From positions 1 through 64,000 of the forward strand of contig JBPCLP010000043.1 of NCBI GenBank assembly GCA_051003195.1: a stretch of 64,000 nucleotides of DNA, given 5' to 3'. The notes beneath the pieces were generated by a model. That model saw only the letters and a list, made by a program, of their open reading frames with translations. It was not told where the DNA came from and searched no databases. Shown piece after piece: positions 28,979 to 38,302 of the stretch. Positions within the stretch are counted from its first letter, which is position 1; each line of letters begins with the position of its first letter. A program made the position numbers and the translations under genes. This DNA is from Candidatus Sumerlaeaceae bacterium (GTDB lineage Bacteria > Sumerlaeota > Sumerlaeia > Sumerlaeales > Sumerlaeaceae).

Positions 28979-29951
28979 TAATCTGCGCTTGTTTTATGAC
29001 GTAGACTGCCTTCGACTGGCTCTCGTAATAGGTGCGCATGATTAATTCGGCCAGCAGGCCAACTGCAAGAAACTGCAGTCCGCCGAAACCCATGAAGATC
29101 GTGAGATAAAAGAGCGGGTTCCGGTTCATGGAGACGCCCTGATCTCCGTATTTCATCAGCAGTGTAGTGACTCCGGCGATAAATCCCGCAGCAAAAAAGG
29201 CAAGCGCACCCATTCCAAAAAAATGCATGGGTCGAGTAGAGTACGAAAGCAGGAACTTTACCGTCAGCAGATCAAGAATGACACGCAATGTGCGCCCAAT
29301 ACCGTATTTCGATGTGCCCTTAACCCTGGGACGGTGCGATACGGGGATTTCGGCGATGCGAGCCCCAACCGCTGCACACAGTGCGGGTACGAAGCGGTGC
29401 ATTTCGCCATACAGTTGAATGCGTTTGAGAACGGGGGCCCGGTATGCTTTCAGGCTGCACCCGTAATCATGCAACCGGATCCCTGTCACGCGGCCAATGA
29501 GAATATTCGCGAGCATTGATGGGAAGCGACGTGAGACCAGGGTGTCTTGCCTTTTCTTCCGCCATCCGCTTACGACATCGTAGCCTTCGTCCAATTTGCT
29601 TAGAAGCAGCGGAATATCGGCTGGGTCATTTTGAAGATCGGCGTCCAAGGTCACAATAGTGGAATAACGTGCGCAGTCGATCCCGGCGGCAAGCGCCGCG
29701 GTCTGGCCAAAGTTGCGCTGAAGGATTATTGGTCGAAGTCGCGAGTCCTGCTTTGCGAGTTGCGCGAGAACAATGGCAGTCGAATCTGTGCTGCCGTCAT
29801 CGACGACAAGAAATTCAAAATCGCGGCCACTGCACGATGCCGCTGCGCCGGCCAACTGATCGTAGAGCTCGGGTAGCGACTCGCATTCGTTGAACGCAGT
29901 GGCGACGACAGAAACTCCACATGGTTGCTGATCCGTTTCAAACAAAGACAA
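28953..29951 (-). CDS. Glycosyltransferase family 2, polyprenol-phosphate glycosyltransferase (ArnC/GtrB-like)
   Basis: VDDGSTD, RNFGQTAA, DADLQNDP, DYGCSLKAYR, GEMHRF; two C-terminal TMs. Confidence 0.92.
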   Translation of the reverse strand: MSLFETDQQPCGVSVVATAFNECESLPELYDQLAGAAASCSGRDFEFLVVDDGSTDSTAIVLAQLAKQDSRLRPIILQRNFGQTAALAAGIDCARYSTIVTLDADLQNDPADIPLLLSKLDEGYDVVSGWRKKRQDTLVSRRFPSMLANILIGRVTGIRLHDYGCSLKAYRAPVLKRIQLYGEMHRFVPALCAAVGARIAEIPVSHRPRVKGTSKYGIGRTLRVILDLLTVKFLLSYSTRPMHFFGMGALAFFAAGFIAGVTTLLMKYGDQGVSMNRNPLFYLTIFMGFGGLQFLAVGLLAELIMRTYYESQSKAVYVIKQAQINDNPRPPA

Positions 29952-30018
29952 ACGGCCCCTGTACCACCACTGTAACCGGCTGTAACTGTATGTTGCTCAT
30001 CGTCTTATCCTCAAAGCC

Positions 30019-30115
30019 GGGGTGGTTTACCGTTAGTTCGTAATCAGTTCTGTGTGCCGAATCGAGGGAAGTTTGCCCTTTGGCCTGGTAATGAACTTCT
30101 GATTCGGCACACCAG
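30019..30115 (-). repeat. Full copy of the dispersed hairpin repeat
   Basis: Reverse complement CTGGTGTGCCGAATCAGAAGTTC...GATTCGGCACACAGAACTGATTACGAACTAACGGTAAACCACCCC. Confidence 0.9.
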
Positions 30116-30287
30116 GGTTTCTGTAATAGCTGCACTTTGGTGTGCAACAACTCTTCGGCCTTGACGTATGATTACGCTGCGATTGTCTGCGCAACTGTTT
30201 GGAGACATGGCCCCACATGCAGTGCCACACTCAGCCTTTCACGATCACGGGCCCTTGTCGAACTTTTTGTGGCATACCCTCAGTAAC

Positions 30288-32756
30288 ATGAAATTAGAGG
30301 GTACTTCAGCCACCATTGCAAAGCTCTGCACGCCTCGAGCCTGGCTCTTTGTCATTCTGTTACTTGCGGTTGCGCTGCGGCTGTACGGCATCGCCCGTCC
30401 GGTATGGTACGACGAAATTCTCCTTTGGGACATCAGCAAGGAGAGTTTCACCAAAGCACTGACGCATACAAGTTACCCTCTCGCCTACGTCCTATCGCAC
30501 TTGAGCCTCTTCCTCGGCCAGTCAGCAAGCATGCTTCGTATGCCGAGTTTCATCGCGGGGATTATGGGCATCTGGATGATTTATCGAGTGGGAAAACTCC
30601 TGCACAGTGACGCAGCAGGACTGCTGGCTGCGTTTCTGCTGACAATTTGCGCGACCCACCTGATCTTCAGCCAGGAGGCGCGGTTTTACAGTCTGCTCAC
30701 TGCTGCCGCCATCATGACTTTATGGGCGACACTGCTTGCGTTAAGCAGCGGCCGTTTGTTCCACTGGATGTTGCTTGGTTCAGCAGTGGCCTTCGGCTCG
30801 CTGACGCACAACTTTTTCATGATTTTCCTGTTTGGACTCGGAGCGGCGATGGTTTGCCTGTTCCTTTATCAGAAACCGTTGCGGGCAAGAGATATACGTA
30901 GTCGAACGATTGCCTGGGCGGTTTGCGTGATCACTGGTTTCATACCTGCCGCAGTATGTATTGCTGTTCATCGACTCAATAAGCCGAACAGCCCAACAAT
31001 ACTGCCAGACCAGGCGGAAAGATTTGTTTTCCGCCTCGATCCGCTGGAATATGTCACACTCCTGCGGCGGCTCATGAGCAATTACCCAATGCCGGTATTC
31101 CTCGTCCTGGTTGGTTTTGGTCTGTTTGGAGTGTTCGCGCTCTGGCGCATAAACAAGTTTCATGCTCTGATCTGTTTCCTGCCCCTGGTGCTGGCTCCAA
31201 TTCCTCTGTATTACATCAGCTTTCGCCACTGGTTCAGCGAGCGTTATTTTATGACGATGCTGCCTCTCATGCTGCTCCTGATGGCGATTGGAATGGTCAG
31301 CGCCTTCCGGTCTGCAAGAAAGTATGCCGGATTAACTGCCCCGGTTGCTGTCTCGCTGGTCCTGGCTCTGCCTATGCTTCTTGAGCCCGGCTTCTGGCCC
31401 TATTCTCATATAAACACACGCCGCAAATTCTGGTTGTATGACTGGGCTGAATTAACCGGGCAACTCGCAGGAAATACAGGCCCGGAAGATCGACTCATTC
31501 ACGTCGACCGAATTGACCGGATCGGCCCCTGGATCATGGGTCGGCGGGGAATTCCAACTGAGTGGTGGGAATTCAATCGCTACATGCTGAGCTTAACGCC
31601 TGAAGGCCGGGCCCCTGTACATCCGATTGATTACTCAGGCGTGCTCTATCCTGACGATATCTATGCTGAGCTGCAGGCCCATCCGTTTACCACGACCTGG
31701 ATGGTGCTCGATAAGCAGGACTATTCGCAACTGCCAACTTTGCTCCGGAAAGTCTTTAGTCCGGGCATAGATACTCCAGGCTATCGGCTATACTCGGCTG
31801 GAAAGCCAACGACGAACCTCGTGATCAGCGACGTGGAAAATGGGACTACGGCCTTTAGCGAGAAATTTGAGCACCGTGCTTCCGGCTCGACGACAAAATC
31901 GATAAGCCTCCGCGCGACGCCGTACATGCTACGGAATTCGAGTTTTGAAGTATGGGAGAACAACTCCCCGGTTGGATGGACTTGTAACAATGTCGACTCG
32001 ATTTCAAGCGGCCCCGCAAACCAGCAAGGTACGTCGTCGCTGGTGATTCAGCCTACGACCACCACAGTTGTGATTGAACAACAGCACACCGTCCCATTGG
32101 CGCCCGGAAATCGCGTATCGGTCACGGCGCAAGCCACGGCTTCCAGCCCCGACACGCTGAGCCTGGGGCTTAAATATGCTGCGCCCGGAGGAGCCGGAGA
32201 GTTACGAACGACGCACCCGGGAAACCTTCTGTGGCAGCCGCTTTTATTGAGTGCGAAAGTACCGGAGAATGCATTTCCTGAGTCCATTCGGGTGTTTATA
32301 AAGTGCGAGGCTTCTTCGGGTTCCACATCGAGTACGGTGGATGACGTTAAGCTTGAAATGCTGAAACCGTGCCCACTGCTCGAACTCACAGCGTACAGTT
32401 TTTCAGCCCGCGTGAAATATAACAGCCATGGCGCTACGGTTAGTCCGGGAGTCCTCGGGCTGAGCGGAACCCGCAAAGATGGTTCCCGTTTTTGGAGAAG
32501 CTTAATCCAGTTTTCCCGCCCTTCCGATTGGCAGCGTCTGGCACTTTCAGTACGTGTTGCAGATGATCCGGACCTGGCGGAAGCAACGCAGCTAACAATC
32601 GATTTTGCAGCGGGAGATGAAAAAGCGGAGCTGCGCCTGAACCAGGTGCAGTTCGAAGCAGGTTCTCACTCGACACCTTATACCCGCTCAGAACGCCTTC
32701 CTCACGACGAAACGCTGGCGCTAATGCAGTACTCTCCAGCAGTGACGCGGAAGTAG
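30288..32756 (+). CDS. GT-C membrane glycosyltransferase with nested CBM-like domains, paralog 2
   Basis: W-Y-DE, LRMPS, SQEARFYS; C-region with NSSFE...VDDV domain; ATG 30288 preferred (ORF open from 30168). Confidence 0.82.
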   Translation: MKLEGTSATIAKLCTPRAWLFVILLLAVALRLYGIARPVWYDEILLWDISKESFTKALTHTSYPLAYVLSHLSLFLGQSASMLRMPSFIAGIMGIWMIYRVGKLLHSDAAGLLAAFLLTICATHLIFSQEARFYSLLTAAAIMTLWATLLALSSGRLFHWMLLGSAVAFGSLTHNFFMIFLFGLGAAMVCLFLYQKPLRARDIRSRTIAWAVCVITGFIPAAVCIAVHRLNKPNSPTILPDQAERFVFRLDPLEYVTLLRRLMSNYPMPVFLVLVGFGLFGVFALWRINKFHALICFLPLVLAPIPLYYISFRHWFSERYFMTMLPLMLLLMAIGMVSAFRSARKYAGLTAPVAVSLVLALPMLLEPGFWPYSHINTRRKFWLYDWAELTGQLAGNTGPEDRLIHVDRIDRIGPWIMGRRGIPTEWWEFNRYMLSLTPEGRAPVHPIDYSGVLYPDDIYAELQAHPFTTTWMVLDKQDYSQLPTLLRKVFSPGIDTPGYRLYSAGKPTTNLVISDVENGTTAFSEKFEHRASGSTTKSISLRATPYMLRNSSFEVWENNSPVGWTCNNVDSISSGPANQQGTSSLVIQPTTTTVVIEQQHTVPLAPGNRVSVTAQATASSPDTLSLGLKYAAPGGAGELRTTHPGNLLWQPLLLSAKVPENAFPESIRVFIKCEASSGSTSSTVDDVKLEMLKPCPLLELTAYSFSARVKYNSHGATVSPGVLGLSGTRKDGSRFWRSLIQFSRPSDWQRLALSVRVADDPDLAEATQLTIDFAAGDEKAELRLNQVQFEAGSHSTPYTRSERLPHDETLALMQYSPAVTRK

Positions 32757-32770
32757 CTGCACTGCCTGCC

Positions 32771-35248
32771 GTGACTATGCCTACGCAGATTTCCATCGAC
32801 CGCACTTCGACGCACTTCTCAAGACCGCGAATCTATAGTTGGCTGCTTTCTGCGATTTTACTGCTCGCCCTGACGCTTCGTCTGAATGGCATCACCCGGG
32901 AGAAGGACTGGACGGAAATCCTGTTGTACGACGCAGTCGGGGGCGGGCCCTTCAGCTTAATAATGACGAGGGCTTATCCGCTCGGATACCTTTTTACATA
33001 TCTTACACTTCGGCTGGGGGACATCGAGTTTTACCTGCGGTTTTCGAGCGTTGCCGCGGGCATCGCCGGCGTACTGCTAATATGGAATGTCACATCGCGA
33101 GTATCAAATTCGACAGCCGGATTACTGTCGGCGCTTATGCTTGCGGTGTCCAGCGAGCAAATCTTTCACAGCCAGCACGCGGGCTTCGAAACGCTGCTCA
33201 GTGCAGCATTGTTGCTCAGCCTGTGGCTGCTGTTCGAAGCTTTGCACTCGGGCAGCCGGAGGAGTTGGACGCTCTTCAGCGCAAGCGTCCTCGCAGGTTT
33301 GCTTATTCATCCGTTTTATTTAGCGGCTCAGACATCCCTGGTTGTCGGGGCAATTGCATGGGTGCTCATCTCTAAACGAGCATCCCAATCGGCTCGCGCG
33401 ACGATCGCCATGTTATTGGCGGCTGGCCTTCTGCCGGCTATTGTGGTGCGCCTGCTTCAATTTGCCGCCGGCATAGAAGTGACTGCTATGTATTCCACAG
33501 GTATTCCTGCGGCTCAGATCGCGTCACCATGGGCTGTGAACAATTTGTTCTCCTGTACGAACAATTTGTTCTCCTGGATCGCCGGCGTTCTGTTCCTGGT
33601 GATTGCGTGTGTTGGCGTCGCGCGTATTATCATTTTCGACAAGCTTTCCGCCTGCATAGTTCTCATGGGTCTTTTCGGTCCCGCGCTGATGCTCGTCCTC
33701 CCATCTTTATCCATGGAAACCAGGGCCGCACTTCGTAGCTGGCAGTGTACGCTGCTCACCATCCTGGTAGCGATCGGTACCATTACGGTTTTTGAATCTG
33801 TTCAGAGGCGATGGAAACTGGATCCGGTGGTTTCCCGTGCTCTTCTGTGCAGCATGGTCCTGGTTTGTGCGATTGCTTTTTGGTCCGCAACACGCGATGT
33901 AAACACGCGGCGGACCACAACTGGGTTTCGCGAGATGGCTTCACACATTATTGCGCGAAGTACCGCGTCAGACCGATTGGTATATTTGTCGAATCACAAG
34001 GCGGCAATGGAAGTGCCGAGCTATTCCAGTGCGCGGACCGACGGTGATCCCGCCTCGATAGAGTTGGATCACTACCTGCACCTTGCGCAGCAGTTTGACA
34101 CCGTCCCATTCTATCCACTTCATCAGCGATTCGTTAGTAATCCGCGGATGTTGCTGGAAGAAATGGAAAAACACCCCACCGCAGCCTTCTGGTGCGTGAC
34201 TGACACCGCACCGCAGTCTTCCACTGACTTTCCCGGTTGGGAAGCGCTGCTGAGGAAAGAGGTCTCCAGCTCCGGATATAACCTGTGGGTGCGTGGTGAG
34301 CCGACGGTTAATCTGCTGGCGTCCGAATCGAACAGAGGTCCAATCAAATGCACGGGCGCAACGACGGTTTCAATCGCGGTGAAGCCGCCGCAGCGTCGTC
34401 TCCGTAACTCCAGTTTTGAACTTTGGACTTCCGGGCTGCCAATGGGATGGAGAGCTAATTTCCCGGATGCTGTTACCACGGCGCCAACCGCCGGCAAGGG
34501 ACAACACAGCGTAATGCTACGGGGCACGTCTCAACCGCTCGAGCTCGAACAGAAACTAACATTGGGTGCGGCACCAGGCAATCATGTTGCCGTGCGCGCA
34601 CTTGGAAGGGCGACGGCACCAGACCTCTTGTCATTCATCCTACGCTATTCAGGCGACGAGGGTACGAGTGAAATTCAAGCCTGGCATCCCGGGACGGGTG
34701 ATTGGGCGCCCGTTGAACTGCACGCACATATTCCGAACAGTGCCTATCCAAGCTCATGCAGAATTGTTGTGCGCCGTGAGCTGAACACGACAGAGGCTGC
34801 ATTCGTTGATGATGTCACCGTAGAGATAGTGCCGCCATGCGAAGTTCTGGAACCAGGCAAAGCGCACACGCTGTCTGGTCGTATTAAGTATTTTGGGATT
34901 CCGCCCGACGACTTTAAGACGAAAGCGGGAATTCCCGTAATGAACCCTGCGACCGCGGGGTTCATCAGTATTTCCGGCAAGCGTGCAGATGGAACCCAGT
35001 TCGACAGAAAGGTTCTTATGGTCGATGGCCATTCGGACTGGAAGGCGGTCGGATTTAATCTGCCGGCCAGTGATTTGGATCTCGCTTCAGCCCGGGAATT
35101 ATTCGTAAACTGCGGAGCGGGTCATCCGCATGGCACGTTCTATTTTAATGAGATGCAACTGGAGGTGAACGATCATGCGACGCCCTATACGCCGGATGAG
35201 CGGTTGCCCCACGATGAAGCACTCGCACTGACTCGAGGTAAACTGTAA
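32771..35248 (+). CDS. GT-C-like membrane protein with nested CBM-like domains, paralog 3 (degenerate catalytic motifs)
   Basis: Collinear with paralogs 1 and 2, but DWTE replaces WxDE and SQHAGFE replaces SQEARFY. Confidence 0.75.
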   Translation: MTMPTQISIDRTSTHFSRPRIYSWLLSAILLLALTLRLNGITREKDWTEILLYDAVGGGPFSLIMTRAYPLGYLFTYLTLRLGDIEFYLRFSSVAAGIAGVLLIWNVTSRVSNSTAGLLSALMLAVSSEQIFHSQHAGFETLLSAALLLSLWLLFEALHSGSRRSWTLFSASVLAGLLIHPFYLAAQTSLVVGAIAWVLISKRASQSARATIAMLLAAGLLPAIVVRLLQFAAGIEVTAMYSTGIPAAQIASPWAVNNLFSCTNNLFSWIAGVLFLVIACVGVARIIIFDKLSACIVLMGLFGPALMLVLPSLSMETRAALRSWQCTLLTILVAIGTITVFESVQRRWKLDPVVSRALLCSMVLVCAIAFWSATRDVNTRRTTTGFREMASHIIARSTASDRLVYLSNHKAAMEVPSYSSARTDGDPASIELDHYLHLAQQFDTVPFYPLHQRFVSNPRMLLEEMEKHPTAAFWCVTDTAPQSSTDFPGWEALLRKEVSSSGYNLWVRGEPTVNLLASESNRGPIKCTGATTVSIAVKPPQRRLRNSSFELWTSGLPMGWRANFPDAVTTAPTAGKGQHSVMLRGTSQPLELEQKLTLGAAPGNHVAVRALGRATAPDLLSFILRYSGDEGTSEIQAWHPGTGDWAPVELHAHIPNSAYPSSCRIVVRRELNTTEAAFVDDVTVEIVPPCEVLEPGKAHTLSGRIKYFGIPPDDFKTKAGIPVMNPATAGFISISGKRADGTQFDRKVLMVDGHSDWKAVGFNLPASDLDLASARELFVNCGAGHPHGTFYFNEMQLEVNDHATPYTPDERLPHDEALALTRGKL

Positions 35249-35302
35249 GAAGCTGGCGAAATTGACGACTAACGTGTATCATGGACACAAAGGGCAAAAG
35301 AC

Positions 35303-35890
35303 ATGCGCGCAGCCATAGCACTATTGGTTTTATTTCTGGAGGTTTTTATGAGCACGAATGCCGGTTGGGCAGAAGAGAAACAGACAAGTGCCAGCACGGA
35401 CCTGAAAACGAGCGAGACAGCCATCTTTGCCAGCGGTTGCTTTTGGGGCACGGAGTATATGTTCCAGAAAGCAAAGGGTGTGTTATCGACAAAGGTGGGA
35501 TATTGCGGTGGAACGGTGGGGAACCCGACGTACAAGCAAGTTTGCACAGGGAGTACGGGCCACGCAGAGGCAATTGAAGTCGTTTTCAATCCAAAGGTGA
35601 CTTCGTACGAAGAGATGGCGCGGCTTTTCTTTGAAACTCATGATCCAACGCACGTCGATCGTCAGGGGCCGGATATCGGCGAACAGTACCGTTCGATGAT
35701 TTTTTACGCCAGCGACGACCAGAAGAAAGTAGCGGAAAAGCTGATTGCGGAACTTAAGGCAAAAGGGGTAAAGGTAGCGACCCAGCTTGCGCCGGCGGCC
35801 AGGTTCTGGCCGGCGGAAGATTACCATCAGAACTACTACCAGAAGACCGGCGGGCGGCCATACTGCCACGTGTACCGGAAACTGTTCTAA
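35303..35890 (+). CDS. msrA: Peptide-methionine (S)-S-oxide reductase
   Basis: GCFWG, PTYKQVC...GHAE, HDPT...RQGPDIGEQYRS, AEDYHQNY; signal-peptide-like N-terminus. Confidence 0.95.
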   Translation: MRAAIALLVLFLEVFMSTNAGWAEEKQTSASTDLKTSETAIFASGCFWGTEYMFQKAKGVLSTKVGYCGGTVGNPTYKQVCTGSTGHAEAIEVVFNPKVTSYEEMARLFFETHDPTHVDRQGPDIGEQYRSMIFYASDDQKKVAEKLIAELKAKGVKVATQLAPAARFWPAEDYHQNYYQKTGGRPYCHVYRKLF

Positions 35891-36047
35891 GCTGGTCTGG
35901 CGCTGGCCAGCACTTCGAATGTCCCGGTATTTTACTCGAGGCTTGACGCTGGAACCAATTGGGCCTGACTAGGCGCGCTGCTTAGCGGGTTACGTGTGCG
36001 TGCCCGCGATGGAGCTCATCCTGTTCCGCGGAGCGCCGTCTATTTCA

Positions 36048-38042
36048 ATGCAACTGGATCCAGCACAAGCCGACTCAACCTCGAGGCGTTCCCCGTGGTC
36101 ATGGGTGCCCAGCCTGTACTTTGCCGAAGGTATTCCGTACGTCCTGGTCAACACGGTCTCGGTAATCGTTTTTAAAAAGCTCGGTGTCTCGAATGCTGAC
36201 ATCGCGTTCTACACCAGCCTGCTTGGGTTTCCGTGGGTCATCAAGCCGCTGTGGGGTCCGCTGGTCGACCTGTACTGGACGAAACGTCGCTGGGTGCTGC
36301 TGATGCAGGTCGTGCTTGGGATTTCATTCGGTGTGCTCGCGTTGACGCTGCACTCACCTTTCTGGTGGATAGGATCACTGATTGCGTTTGGTGCGGCAGC
36401 ATTTCTGTCTGCGACGCACGACATAGCCGCTGACGGCTTTTACATGATCGGGCTGGACGAACACCGGCAGGCGCTTTACGTTGGGGTGCGCAGTACGTTC
36501 TACCGCCTGGCGACGATATTCGGCACCGGCCTCCTCGTCATGTTCGCAGGAGTGCTTGAGTCGAAAACGGGACCGAAACCGGTTCCTATCACGATGGCGG
36601 CCGGGCCTCCGACCACCAGGCTGACGGTCGTCCAACCGCCATTGCCAGGGGACGAGTTTCTCAGACTTGAGCCACGCACAGCCAGTCTTTCAGCGGGGAC
36701 AACAACAGCGCTCCAGGTATCCCTTGCAAAACCGCCTGCATCTGACCGGACGGTTGTCTCCATTAACCGACGCAACTCTTCGCCGCTGGCATTCTTCTTT
36801 GCTATTGGGCCTGAGCAACAGATCACCATCAAAGCCGGCGATCGGCTGGAATTCACAAAAGAGAATTGGGATAAGCCACAGCAGGTGGTGTTCGGTGCGG
36901 ATGCAAAGCTTCGCGAGGAGGCACTGGCGACCTACCAGGCTACCGCCGGGAACATTCCGCTTACCTGGTCACTATGTTTCGCGGGGTTGGCGGGACTCTT
37001 CCTGCTGGTGGCAGGGCTACATGGCCTGGTGTTGCCGCGTCCGGCACTGGACGGTTACGATGCGGGACAGGCTGATCGCAAACCATTCTGGTTAGCCTCG
37101 TCTGCGCTGCTCGGTACCATGTTCGTGCCACTGGCTGCCTTTGTCGCTGCGTTCTACCTGCTAAAGCTATTGGTGGTTCCGGCGGTCATGGCCGTCATTG
37201 ACATGGAGCAGCAAAAAGCCGGCGCAGCAGCGTCGTTTGGCGCGCTGTTCGAAAAAGCGAGGAACTCGCATACCGATGTGCGAACTTTCGCGATAGATCT
37301 GCTGATTGTAGTACTTGTCTGGTTTTTTTACCGCAGTGCAGCGGTTCGGCGCGGCAGCATGCGCGCATTCCACTGGGCGGCCCGGGGAAGCGGCATGGCA
37401 TTTGACGAGGTGTTTATTTCCTTTTTTCGGAAGCCGGGAATTGTCCGCATGATCGCGTTTTTGCTGCTGTTCCGATTGGGAGAGGCACTGCTGCTTAAGC
37501 TCGCAACACCATTCCTGCTGGACGTACGCACAAAGGGCGGAATCGGTCTGACACAGGCGGACTACGGCCTCGCTTATGGAATGGTCGGTATACTCGCGCT
37601 CATCTGTGGCGGCATACTGGGAGGAATTGCTGCGGGCAGCGGGGGCCTGAAAAAGTGGCTCATCCCCATGTGCCTTGCTGTAAATGTGCCGAATCTGCTT
37701 TATGTGTATCTCGCGTACGCGCAACCTGAGAGCTTTTTTAAAATTCTACTCTGTGTGGCGGGGGAGCAGTTTGGCTACGGGTTCGGCTTTGCCGCCTACA
37801 TGGTATACATGCTGTATATAGCAGGGCAGGGCCAGCATAAGACTTCGCACTTTGCACTCTGCACGGGCTTCATGGCGCTTAGTATGATGCTCCCTGGAAT
37901 GATTAGCGGCGCCATTTCGGACATGCTGGGATATAAGCACTACTTCGTGCTGGTGGTTGCAGCCGGATTACCGGGCCTGCTGTTGCTGCCGTTTATTCCG
38001 CTGGATCCGGAGTTCGGAAAGAAAACGCGCAACCTTCAGTAG
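36048..38042 (+). CDS. AmpG-like MFS permease with two large insertions
   Basis: WVPSLYFAEGIPY, PWVIKPLWGP, SATHDIAADGFY, EQFGYGFGF, TSHFALCTGFMAL. Confidence 0.85.
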   Translation: MQLDPAQADSTSRRSPWSWVPSLYFAEGIPYVLVNTVSVIVFKKLGVSNADIAFYTSLLGFPWVIKPLWGPLVDLYWTKRRWVLLMQVVLGISFGVLALTLHSPFWWIGSLIAFGAAAFLSATHDIAADGFYMIGLDEHRQALYVGVRSTFYRLATIFGTGLLVMFAGVLESKTGPKPVPITMAAGPPTTRLTVVQPPLPGDEFLRLEPRTASLSAGTTTALQVSLAKPPASDRTVVSINRRNSSPLAFFFAIGPEQQITIKAGDRLEFTKENWDKPQQVVFGADAKLREEALATYQATAGNIPLTWSLCFAGLAGLFLLVAGLHGLVLPRPALDGYDAGQADRKPFWLASSALLGTMFVPLAAFVAAFYLLKLLVVPAVMAVIDMEQQKAGAAASFGALFEKARNSHTDVRTFAIDLLIVVLVWFFYRSAAVRRGSMRAFHWAARGSGMAFDEVFISFFRKPGIVRMIAFLLLFRLGEALLLKLATPFLLDVRTKGGIGLTQADYGLAYGMVGILALICGGILGGIAAGSGGLKKWLIPMCLAVNVPNLLYVYLAYAQPESFFKILLCVAGEQFGYGFGFAAYMVYMLYIAGQGQHKTSHFALCTGFMALSMMLPGMISGAISDMLGYKHYFVLVVAAGLPGLLLLPFIPLDPEFGKKTRNLQ

Positions 38043-38128
38043 CGTACTCGCTGGCCATTTGCCCCCTGATTCTAACGAACCTGGGATCATGAATCCCGGG
38101 GGATGTTCCAGAGGCTGAGGGTTGCTAC

Positions 38129-38162
38129 AAAAGAAAAGACCCTGGTTGCTGGACCAGGGTCT
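38129..38162 (-). terminator. Rho-independent terminator (minus strand)
   Basis: AGACCCTGGT-6nt-ACCAGGGTCT 10-bp stem followed by TTTCTTTT on the minus strand. Confidence 0.85.
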
Positions 38163-38252
38163 AATCTTGAGGTTAGGAGGTTTTGGGAGACCGCTTGCTT
38201 AAGGCGACCTCTGAAGTTCGGCCACCCTTGCGGGAGGTCTTGCTTGCTGCTT
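38129..38252 (-). ncRNA. Candidate small RNA (~125 nt), or structured 3' UTR of the VIT gene
   Basis: ECF-like promoter upstream, internal stems, a CCUCCU anti-SD motif and a strong terminator. Confidence 0.4.
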
Positions 38253-38256
38253 ATAC

Positions 38257-38284
38257 TAAGACAGAGGTTTTTTAGACGGGTTCC
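38257..38284 (-). promoter_or_regulatory. Putative ECF-sigma promoter
   Basis: Minus strand GGAAC-N17-GTCTTA. Confidence 0.4.
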
Positions 38285-38302
38285 GCAAGGTTGCAGATTT
38301 TT

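Noticed and set aside
25755..30115. Repeat copies as a CRISPR array or integron attC sites
   Set aside because: Copies are kilobases apart in both orientations with no regular spacers, no cas or intI gene, and no RYYYAAC/GTTRRRY ends.
29938..30230. Small minus-strand ORFs across the 30019-30115 repeat
   Set aside because: They translate the repeat and spacer sequence; no RBS or family support.
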